Below, in pieces: positions 29,519-36,348 of a stretch of 36,348 nucleotides of DNA (its first letter is position 1; each line of letters starts with the position of its first letter). The stretch spans positions 1-36,348 of IMG/VR virus record IMGVR_UViG_3300020050_017826; one strand, given 5' to 3'. Under the pieces are notes generated by a model, which was given only the letters and a program-made list of their open reading frames with translations, did no database searches and was not told the origin of the DNA. The translations under genes were made by a program, and so were the position numbers. The DNA comes from a virus.

Positions 29519-30328
29519 TTAGAACCCTCTGATACCCCTGAAATGCGGCCCTGGAGCCATGGTGGCTGGTTGAGTCGCAACAGGTGGGCTGATGATGGTC
29601 ACAAGGCGCTCTAGTGATCTCAAGGCACGCTCACGGCGATTCTGGGCATCCTCTTTGTCACCCCAGGAGTCAAGCAAAGTGGCCACAGCTACATCCACAA
29701 GAACGGCTTGGAGATCAAAGGGGAGTGGAAGAGCGCTGGCAGTTTCCGGCTCAGCAACATACCCACCTTCGACGGCACTTGTGGAGTCAATCGTAATGGT
29801 GGTTGTGCCCGAGCCACTCAAAACGCTCACACTAGCGTCAATCAACTTTCCATTCGAGTCTAGGAGGTCAACTTCGCTCCCAGTGAACGCTGCACTCAGG
29901 CCTAGGACATTTGAAGCCACACTTTCCACGACATACTCGTCTTCAACCAAAGAAGGTAATCGCAGGTAATACTTCACCGCGAAGTCATTCGAGAGGGAGT
30001 TGAAGCTCACCACGCTGTTGCCTTGGGTGTAGCCAAGCATTGGGGTGTACTGGGTTTGGCTCGAGGTATTACCTTGAGATCGCACATACACGCCCTCTAG
30101 GCGCTCACCAATGGCACGTTCCGGGATAGGGAACTCCAGCAACCCATTCTCCACTTCCTTTGCCACCACCAGGCCGCTCCAAGCATTATCCAAGAGTGCG
30201 GGGACAATTTCGGTTTGCACACAGTGGTTTACGGCGTCGAGGATGATATCATTCGTGCCCTCTGGGAGACTCTGAGGGAGCATAGCACTGGTTTTTACTT
30301 TTGCGAGCAAGCTTGAGGTTTTAATCAT
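29519..30328 (-). CDS. Virion structural protein candidate (adaptor / tail tubular A-sized)
   Basis: ORF 29519..30424 with three possible ATGs (30424, 30382, 30328). 30328 avoids head-to-head overlap with the divergent gene and sits 7 nt after a TATAAT. No motif recognised. Confidence 0.35.
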   Translation of the reverse strand: MIKTSSLLAKVKTSAMLPQSLPEGTNDIILDAVNHCVQTEIVPALLDNAWSGLVVAKEVENGLLEFPIPERAIGERLEGVYVRSQGNTSSQTQYTPMLGYTQGNSVVSFNSLSNDFAVKYYLRLPSLVEDEYVVESVASNVLGLSAAFTGSEVDLLDSNGKLIDASVSVLSGSGTTTITIDSTSAVEGGYVAEPETASALPLPFDLQAVLVDVAVATLLDSWGDKEDAQNRRERALRSLERLVTIISPPVATQPATMAPGPHFRGIRGF

Positions 30329-30334
30329 GATTGA

Positions 30335-30349
30335 GATTATACTATAATC
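30335..30349. promoter_or_regulatory. Perfect palindrome GATTATA-C-TATAATC, giving a TATAAT on both strands of a divergent intergenic region
   Basis: Read directly. The minus-strand TATAAT (30341..30336) ends 7 nt before ATG 30328. Confidence 0.5.
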
Positions 30350-30399
30350 AATAGGGGTAGCTCCAGTGCTTTTTGCTCCCATTTTACCCCAACCCACGT

Positions 30400-30405
30400 T
30401 ATACT
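30400..30405 (+). promoter_or_regulatory. -10-like TATACT 6 nt before ATG 30412
   Basis: Read directly. There is no Shine-Dalgarno and no convincing -35 box. Confidence 0.3.
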
Positions 30406-30411
30406 CTTGGG

Positions 30412-32745
30412 ATGCAATACGCATTCCCCAAACTCCGAGGTTTGATTACAAACGCGAATACGCTAGAGACGGATCAGATTGGACTTAGCGATGCGAAGAA
30501 TTTAGTCTTTTCGCGACCGAATCTTGTGAGCGGGTGTCGGGGGTTTAAGCAACTCGCGGGGACCACTTCAGCGGGAAAGCAGCTCTTCACAAATGGGGAA
30601 GATCGATGGTTGCTAAACTCCACCGGCCTAGCGCTTTACGCCGGAAGTGATTGGGGCAGCGTGGCAGCGTGTGTACCTCCTAGTGGAAGCCTCATGACAG
30701 CTTCCTTTAGTGGAGATCGTAACTTTTTCACCACTTCCACAGGAGTAAAGGCTTGGGAAAATGGTGCTCTTTTGCCTGCTGGTGTGCCTCCAGCTCTGGA
30801 TATCGCGACTAGTGTGACTGGGACTTCGGGATTTTTGGCAAATGGGAACAAAGTAAGCTACACATATGTTTTTAGTCGGCAGACATCGGTACGACTTTTA
30901 GTTGGCTCTCCAGCATTTGGCATTGAGCTCACAAACTCGAGTGGAGGGACGCGAAATGTTGCTCTCACCATGACCATTCCCAGCAGCATCACGACTTCAC
31001 ACCAAGTTCAAGTATACAGGACAGTTCAAAGTACAGCTTCAAACGCGGAGTACTATTACGTCAAATCACTCAGCATTGCGGCTGGGGACATCACAGCAGG
31101 ATTTCTCTCCTTCACCGACACCATCTTGGACACCCAGCTAGGGGCTGCGCTTTACACAAACGCAAGTCAAGAAGGGATTTTGGCTCAAAATGAACCTCCT
31201 CCAGCGTGCAAGGTGCTAGGGTCATTCCAGGGCACAACTTTTTTTGCGAATGTGAGCCGCCCTGCGGAGAAGTTGCTCAAACTTCTTCTTACCCCTAGCG
31301 TAAATGACACCATAGCCATAGCTGGGGTGACATTCACTGCAAAGGCGGCTGAAACCATAGCCAGTGGGTTTTTTGATCAAAGTGGCACCTTGGAAAACAC
31401 CGCACGCTCACTTTGCAGGGTGATAAATCAATATGCATCTAGCACTAGTGTCTATGCGAGATACCTTGGTGCTGGGTTGATTTTCCTTCAAGGTCGCGCT
31501 CTCACAGTCACAAGTCTCACCATCACCCCAAGTGTAGCTGCGACGTGGGACATACAGGATGGCCGGCCAATCGAAGAAAAGAATAAAGTATATTGCTCCA
31601 AGCCTGGGGAGCCGGATGCGGTGCCGTCTCAGAATTTTGCTACCATAGCGGGAGTGGCGGCTGAGGTCACAGCGATGGTCTTCACTCCGGTTCATATTTT
31701 CATTTGCACGAGCGAGGGGATTTTTGGCTCGAGCGAACCATACTTACCAACAGCTCAGATTGTGGTCATAGATGCTACTCTTGTGGTGCCGAATCCGTTC
31801 TTGGTGAGTCCTGCGGAGGCTGGGGCGTACGTGCTTAGCCGAGAGGGGTTATTTAAAGTGACTCCTCAAGGTTCAGAGCGATTAGATTACTTTTTAAAGA
31901 ACTACGAAGACATTCTTGATTTCGATGCGCTTAGCGTGAGGGGTTTCATGCTCAACTACACTGTGGATAGAAATCTCATTGTAGCTTTGCCTCAAACGGA
32001 TGATGCGGAGAGTGATCTTACTTGGTGGGTTTTTTCCACCTTAGTTCAAGAGTGGACGTACATGGACCGCATAGACCATAGCGCAATTTTCTACCAAGGT
32101 AAGCTGAATTCCCTTCAAAGCGATCAGACATTTGTGGAGCGAAAAGAACGTAACCGGAGTGATTTTGCTAATCGTGAGTATGCGGTGGTGATTTCGAGTG
32201 TGGCTGATGATGTGGTAGAGCTGGTAGATGCGAGTGAAGCTATAGAAGGTTACTCTCTTGTGCAAGGTTCGTATGAAGGTCAGATTTTAAGCATAGATGG
32301 GAACTTCCTCACCTTAGATGTTAGCTTTCCGTGGGACTTGAGTACGGCCACTTTGCTTGAGCCCCTGGAGTATCGGCTAGAAACGACTGAAATTACGGTG
32401 GGTGATGCGACTTTGCTCAAAAAGTTTACCGAACAAACAGTTTTGATGCAGGATGCAGCATTTAGCAACATACGGATGGACTGGAAGAGTGATCGCTCGC
32501 AACTTTTTCAGGAAGTAAATGCGGTTGGGGGAACGGCGAGTGGATGGGGGCTGCCAGCATGGGGGATTTTCCCGTGGGGTGGGTTTCCTGGGGGACCTCG
32601 CCCAATTAGAGTCTTAATCCCGCTGAACATGCAGCGTGGGATGTGGTTGCAGTGTGGAGTGCGGCTCAAGGTAGCAAAGCAGTATTTTAGTTTTGCCGGG
32701 CTACACTTGAATGTGTACCAAACCACTACGAAGATCAAAACATAA
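30412..32745 (+). CDS. Large tail protein (nozzle / tail tubular B-sized)
   Basis: The ORF opens at a TTG (30373); the first ATG is 30412. 777 aa, Ser/Thr/Gly-rich beta-type sequence. It is the first gene of the rightward structural block. Called on size and position only. Confidence 0.4.
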   Translation: MQYAFPKLRGLITNANTLETDQIGLSDAKNLVFSRPNLVSGCRGFKQLAGTTSAGKQLFTNGEDRWLLNSTGLALYAGSDWGSVAACVPPSGSLMTASFSGDRNFFTTSTGVKAWENGALLPAGVPPALDIATSVTGTSGFLANGNKVSYTYVFSRQTSVRLLVGSPAFGIELTNSSGGTRNVALTMTIPSSITTSHQVQVYRTVQSTASNAEYYYVKSLSIAAGDITAGFLSFTDTILDTQLGAALYTNASQEGILAQNEPPPACKVLGSFQGTTFFANVSRPAEKLLKLLLTPSVNDTIAIAGVTFTAKAAETIASGFFDQSGTLENTARSLCRVINQYASSTSVYARYLGAGLIFLQGRALTVTSLTITPSVAATWDIQDGRPIEEKNKVYCSKPGEPDAVPSQNFATIAGVAAEVTAMVFTPVHIFICTSEGIFGSSEPYLPTAQIVVIDATLVVPNPFLVSPAEAGAYVLSREGLFKVTPQGSERLDYFLKNYEDILDFDALSVRGFMLNYTVDRNLIVALPQTDDAESDLTWWVFSTLVQEWTYMDRIDHSAIFYQGKLNSLQSDQTFVERKERNRSDFANREYAVVISSVADDVVELVDASEAIEGYSLVQGSYEGQILSIDGNFLTLDVSFPWDLSTATLLEPLEYRLETTEITVGDATLLKKFTEQTVLMQDAAFSNIRMDWKSDRSQLFQEVNAVGGTASGWGLPAWGIFPWGGFPGGPRPIRVLIPLNMQRGMWLQCGVRLKVAKQYFSFAGLHLNVYQTTTKIKT

Positions 32746-32747
32746 CG

Positions 32748-32756
32748 TGGTATGAT
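32748..32756 (+). promoter_or_regulatory. Extended -10 TGgTATGAT ending 6 nt before ATG 32763
   Basis: Read directly. There is no Shine-Dalgarno before 32763. Confidence 0.35.
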
Positions 32757-32762
32757 GACGAA

Positions 32763-33101
32763 ATGAAGCATATTTCTAAGCCTAGTACGAGTCAAACCGC
32801 GAATTGGATAGATTTGATCCTGGACGGTCTAAATGGAAACTTGAGTCTCCAAGACAACACGGTTCATCAATTTCTCGACATCACATTCAATACCTCAGCC
32901 ACATACTCGACCGGGGATTGGACGGTTTTGAAATTAAAGGTTGATCCTGTGCGTAAAGTGCGTGGGGTATTGGTGTTGCAGTGTTTCCCGGTGGCTCAGA
33001 TTGCTCTGGATTGGACTCAGGTGGGCGGGGAAGTGGTCTTAGCGCGACCCTTGGGGTTGAGCAACTCCACATCATACAAACTGAGTCTTTTCATCATTTA
33101 A
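32763..33101 (+). CDS. Hypothetical virion protein
   Basis: 112 aa, within the structural block. Confidence 0.45.
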   Translation: MKHISKPSTSQTANWIDLILDGLNGNLSLQDNTVHQFLDITFNTSATYSTGDWTVLKLKVDPVRKVRGVLVLQCFPVAQIALDWTQVGGEVVLARPLGLSNSTSYKLSLFII

Positions 33102-33129
33102 ACTAGTGTGATTTAAAGTTGCACGAATA

Positions 33130-33159
33130 TTGCATACCCATCATGGGATGTGCTAGAAT
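33130..33159 (+). promoter_or_regulatory. sigma70-like promoter TTGCAT-N18-(TGc)TAGAAT ending 8 nt before ATG 33168
   Basis: Same architecture as the promoter at 3977..4006. There is no Shine-Dalgarno. Confidence 0.4.
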
Positions 33160-33167
33160 CTTCCAAT

Positions 33168-33830
33168 ATGGGTTGGCTTGGAAAAATCGGTAACGCGTTA
33201 GGGTTTGGTACGCAAGGTGTGGATGCTGCTAAGAGCGCAGCACAACAGTATGACAACATAAACCCTCTTCAGCAAACATGGCAAAACGTCTCAGGATCAC
33301 AGTACGGTCAAAACGCGCTCAGAAGTGCAATCGGTGGGCTCAAGGACATGAGCAAGACCGGGTATAGTGACAGTGACCGTGCGCGCCAAGAGCAACTTTT
33401 GATGGAAACCAATCGCCAAGCATCTAGCGTGCGAGGGGCAGCGTTGAATGATCTTGCTCGTAAGGGGAATTTAAATGGTGGTGGGGCTGTGAGTGCAGCA
33501 CTCCTGGGGTCCCAGCAAGCATCGAATAATGCTGCGGAGCAAGAAAGAGCGATCAGGGCTGAAGGAGAAGCAAGGAAGCTTCAAGTTCTCGGCCAGCTTG
33601 GTGTGCAAGGACAAAATTTAGATCAAAATGTGTTTCAGCAAAACTCATACAACCAAGAAGGAAGTATGAGTACACAGAATCAAAACTACCAGCGACTCCT
33701 AGAGTTACAGCAACTCCGCTCAAACGCACTTTTGGGAGTTGGAAATGCTTACGAGAGTCGAAATAATCGCATGACTGGTTTGATCGGAGCTGGTCTGGGT
33801 GCGGCTGGAAAATTGTTCGGAATAGGATAA
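33168..33830 (+). CDS. Internal virion protein (Gly/Gln/Asn-rich)
   Basis: The ORF opens at a GTG (33150); ATG is at 33168. MGWLGKIGNALGFG... Low-complexity Q/N/G/A-rich sequence with a Gly-rich hydrophobic C-terminus. Confidence 0.5.
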   Translation: MGWLGKIGNALGFGTQGVDAAKSAAQQYDNINPLQQTWQNVSGSQYGQNALRSAIGGLKDMSKTGYSDSDRARQEQLLMETNRQASSVRGAALNDLARKGNLNGGGAVSAALLGSQQASNNAAEQERAIRAEGEARKLQVLGQLGVQGQNLDQNVFQQNSYNQEGSMSTQNQNYQRLLELQQLRSNALLGVGNAYESRNNRMTGLIGAGLGAAGKLFGIG

Positions 33831-33836
33831 AAACGT

Positions 33837-34997
33837 ATGATGACCTGGGAAGAACTTTTAGCTCAAGACGAAGAAGATCAAAAAGTAAATCAAAGCATGC
33901 TCGCGCAAGAACCAAGCTTAGACCAAAAGTTGACGGAAAGCGAACCTAGCGCGAGCAAACCTTCAAGCCCTAGTGTACCGGATTCGTTTTTGAGTGACTT
34001 GATCAAGCTGGAGAGTCAGCGCAAGAAGGATGCGCTGGAGAGTACGAGTGGCACGAGTGGCAAGCAACTTTTTGGCAACATCTTGGCTGGCCTAGGGGAT
34101 ACACTAAACCGTGGACAAAGTAACTTCCTGGACACAAACCTCCAGAGTCAAAGTGCAGCTCGTGATACGAAACGTAAGGTTGCTTTTGCCGATGCTGAGC
34201 GGGACACGAATTTAGGTTTACAAGAGCAAAAAATCCAAGAGCAATTTAAAGCGAAGAACGAAGCGGATCGCGCGAAGAAGGAAAATGAAGACCCCAACAG
34301 TGCGGTTTCAATCTTGAAGAGAAAACGCTACGCTCAAAGTCTTGGGATGCCAGAGCTCGAGAACAAACCCATAAGCGCGAGTGAGCTTGAGAAGGTCATT
34401 GCGCTTCAAAATGGCCAAGATCAAGCTAATCGTCAAGACAGACGCTTGGAGTTGAGTGACAAAAAGGGAAATGATGCGAACATGAGACAAGACAAGCAGC
34501 TTGTGAGTGCAAGCATCAGTCGATTTAACTCCGTCACCAAAGATCTTCGTGACTCTCTTCGCCAAGCGGACAAGTTCGGCGCAAACGTGGATCAAGCACT
34601 CACGAATCCGGTCGCAAAGGCTGGACTTGGATTCACAGCCGCTCGTATTTCAGGATCAAATTCCCAGCTCAGTGATGCTGAACGTCAAATTTTCCAACGC
34701 TTTGGTCTGGCAAACCCAGACACCGCAGACCAAATGATCCGAGACGTGACTAACGGAACTTTAAATCCAAAGTACAAAGACTTCTACAAAGCCTGGGCAG
34801 GGGAGCTTAGCAAAAAAGCAAAAGCACAACTAGCTCAAGAGCGAGACAATGCCATCATTCAAACTCGAGCCATTATTTCCCCTGAAAGTGCGTTGGATCT
34901 TAATAGTGCATTTGCACTTCCAGAGTACACCGCAGCTCAGGATGATGTTAAGATGCAACGGCTTGAAGAACTTCGCAAAAAGAAAGCAGGAAGATAA
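33837..34997 (+). CDS. Internal virion / ejection protein (charged, coiled-coil)
   Basis: 386 aa, acidic N-terminus, K/E/Q-rich. Confidence 0.5.
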   Translation: MMTWEELLAQDEEDQKVNQSMLAQEPSLDQKLTESEPSASKPSSPSVPDSFLSDLIKLESQRKKDALESTSGTSGKQLFGNILAGLGDTLNRGQSNFLDTNLQSQSAARDTKRKVAFADAERDTNLGLQEQKIQEQFKAKNEADRAKKENEDPNSAVSILKRKRYAQSLGMPELENKPISASELEKVIALQNGQDQANRQDRRLELSDKKGNDANMRQDKQLVSASISRFNSVTKDLRDSLRQADKFGANVDQALTNPVAKAGLGFTAARISGSNSQLSDAERQIFQRFGLANPDTADQMIRDVTNGTLNPKYKDFYKAWAGELSKKAKAQLAQERDNAIIQTRAIISPESALDLNSAFALPEYTAAQDDVKMQRLEELRKKKAGR

Positions 34998-36348
34998 TGG
35001 CTCTTACACGAGAAGAAGAAGAAGAACTCGCAGCACTAGAGGCTGAGCTTGGGTCATCTCAGGAGCAAAGCCCAGATCGCAGCATGATGAAATACAGTGC
35101 GGACAACGTTGGGAAAGTTGAGGGGTTTGCACGGGGGTTCGAGAGTGCCACCGGAGTTGGAGATGAAAGTGCCGGCTTAGGAGCTGGGTTGTACGAAGTT
35201 CTGAACCGTGAACCAGATGACACGCGAAGTGTTGGGGAGAGATTTAAGGCCGGTTTTAGCGGTGGACGCCAAGATGAAGTGAAACAGATGGATCATGCGT
35301 ATGATGTCCAGCCTGATGCGTATGCGCTGGGAAAAGGTGCGGGGATTGTAAGCCAAGCCGTGATCACCCCCGCGAGCGTAGGTGCTCAAAGCGCACTGGG
35401 AGCTGCTCAAGGGTTTGCATCTGGGGAGAGTTTACCGGGACGACTTGGCGCGGCGGTGGTTGGCGCTTTGGTGCCGGTGGGGTTGCGTGGTTTGGGTAAA
35501 AGTGCTGGAGAAGCATCGGATGAGCTGAGCCAGCGTGTGGTGCAAAGTACTCTGAACATCCCAAAAGGTGAGCGGGATGCTATTATTCGTGATTATGGTC
35601 CGGAAGGTTTAATCGCTGTGGGCGAGGAGTTACGTAAAAGAGGGATTGGAAACGAGGCTGGGCAGAGTGCACCTGAGATTTTGAGTATGCTCAAAAGTAA
35701 CCTTACGAAAGAGGGCCAAGCCATAGAGAGTGGCGTAGCTAAGATTGCAACTCCTATTGAAACTCCAATCACCCCTGTGGCTGGTGGGTTGGAAGAGCAA
35801 CTTTTTGCGAAAGGCACGAATGAAATTGTGCGTAATGACGCAGCTATTCCGATGTCTCAGGTGAGAGCGGAGTTTCTTGATCCAATCTTGAAGAGTGGTA
35901 AGGATCCTGCTTTTGTGGGTAAAGCAGCTAGGGACGTGGAGAACATCTTAAAGCAATATGGAGATGAAATGTCCTTCCCTCAGCTTCAAGAGTTTCAGCA
36001 AACTTTGGCTGAGAGAGCAAACGCATACGCCAACTCCCCTCTCAAGGGAACTGCAAAGTACCTTAGTGATATTGCGAGTAGTGTGAGATCGACTCTTGGG
36101 GAACTTAGCCCGGAAGTAGCTAGCGCTCAACGTAACTACGCTGTGATGAAGAGTGGTGTGCAAGGAGCACTGAACCCGGTGAGTGATGAGTTTGCACGCA
36201 TGTCACCTGTTTCAAGTATAGCCAGTGCATACAGGAAGACTGTGGGTGGCCCGGAAGTACAAAGCTCCATCAACAGCTTGCTGGAAAAAGCAACATCCTT
36301 CCAAGGTGGGAAGTACGCAGCTCTTTTGGATGCTGCTACGAAGAGTGG
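34997..36348 (+). CDS. Internal virion / ejection protein, 5' part of the junction-spanning gene (476 aa when joined to 122..200)
   Basis: ATG 34997 overlaps the upstream TAA (TAATG). I translated the frame by eye and found no stop before the window end. Contains Gly/Ala-rich hydrophobic segments (GAGIVSQAVITPASVG, LGAAVVGALVPVGL). Confidence 0.6.
   Translation, partial: MALTREEEEELAALEAELGSSQEQSPDRSMMKYSADNVGKVEGFARGFESATGVGDESAGLGAGLYEVLNREPDDTRSVGERFKAGFSGGRQDEVKQMDHAYDVQPDAYALGKGAGIVSQAVITPASVGAQSALGAAQGFASGESLPGRLGAAVVGALVPVGLRGLGKSAGEASDELSQRVVQSTLNIPKGERDAIIRDYGPEGLIAVGEELRKRGIGNEAGQSAPEILSMLKSNLTKEGQAIESGVAKIATPIETPITPVAGGLEEQLFAKGTNEIVRNDAAIPMSQVRAEFLDPILKSGKDPAFVGKAARDVENILKQYGDEMSFPQLQEFQQTLAERANAYANSPLKGTAKYLSDIASSVRSTLGELSPEVASAQRNYAVMKSGVQGALNPVSDEFARMSPVSSIASAYRKTVGGPEVQSSINSLLEKATSFQGGKYAALLDAATKS
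36228..36348. repeat. Terminal direct overlap, right copy (identical to 1..121)
   Basis: See the left copy. Confidence 0.95.

Noticed and set aside
33117-33132. TTGCAC-GAATA-TTGCA upstream of gene 33168 as a sigma54 site.
   Set aside because: The essential -24 GG is TG. The TTGCAT is better read as the -35 box of the TTGCAT-N18-TGcTAGAAT promoter.
1-36348. Searched by eye for an integrase/recombinase, a CI-type repressor pair, a phage RNA polymerase, a CRISPR array, IS elements and rRNA/tRNA genes.
   Set aside because: None found. The largest unassigned ORFs (777, 476, 386, 381 aa) have structural-protein composition. All repeats are shorter than 20 nt and irregularly spaced.

Overview
All domain and motif calls below were made by eye from the sequence; no searches were run.

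The window is a complete phage genome. An exact 121-nt overlap joins the two ends, giving a unique length of 36,227 bp. Gene content is that of a tailed, podovirus-like dsDNA phage. I saw no integrase, so it is probably virulent. A lipobox lipoprotein, an outer-membrane beta-barrel gene and SLT/M15 muralytic enzymes point to a diderm (Gram-negative) host.

Layout:
- **Leftward gene train (28242 down to 5176, about 23 kb).** In order it carries small early genes, envelope genes (a PagL-like beta-barrel and a lipoprotein) and two HNH-like genes. Next come nucleotide hydrolases (MazG, a dNTP-diphosphohydrolase-like protein, an HD protein, a metallophosphoesterase) and a membrane-protein/SLT/zinc-protease cassette. 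Then follow a holin-like gene, the terminase genes, the portal and four small virion genes. It ends with a replication module (PD-(D/E)XK nuclease, RecA-like ATPase, SSB-like protein, family A DNA polymerase with a UDG-like N-terminus, DUF3987-like helicase) and a glycosyltransferase.
- **Rightward structural genes (30412 to 36348, continuing into 1..200).** The last gene crosses the contig junction. A lysis block with an M15 endolysin follows at 203..1323.
- **Capsid island.** A scaffold-like gene and the major capsid gene are divergent. A strong terminator and a tail-fibre-like gene follow the capsid gene.
- **Control region (28243..28981, about 0.7 kb non-coding).** It lies next to a Fis/NtrC-type HTH gene.

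No tRNA, rRNA, CRISPR array, transposon or phage RNA polymerase was seen.

Most notable observations:
- Exact sigma54-type (-24/-12) promoter matches sit back to back in front of the capsid and scaffold-like genes, with more elsewhere. No phage-encoded enhancer-binding ATPase is visible.
- Six genes have a -10 box 6-8 nt from an ATG that lacks a Shine-Dalgarno sequence, which suggests leaderless mRNAs.
- One gene resembles the lipid A deacylase PagL.
- Operator-like and iteron-like repeat clusters surround the HTH gene.
- A family of small paralogous early genes shares identical 14-16-nt strings at its start codons.
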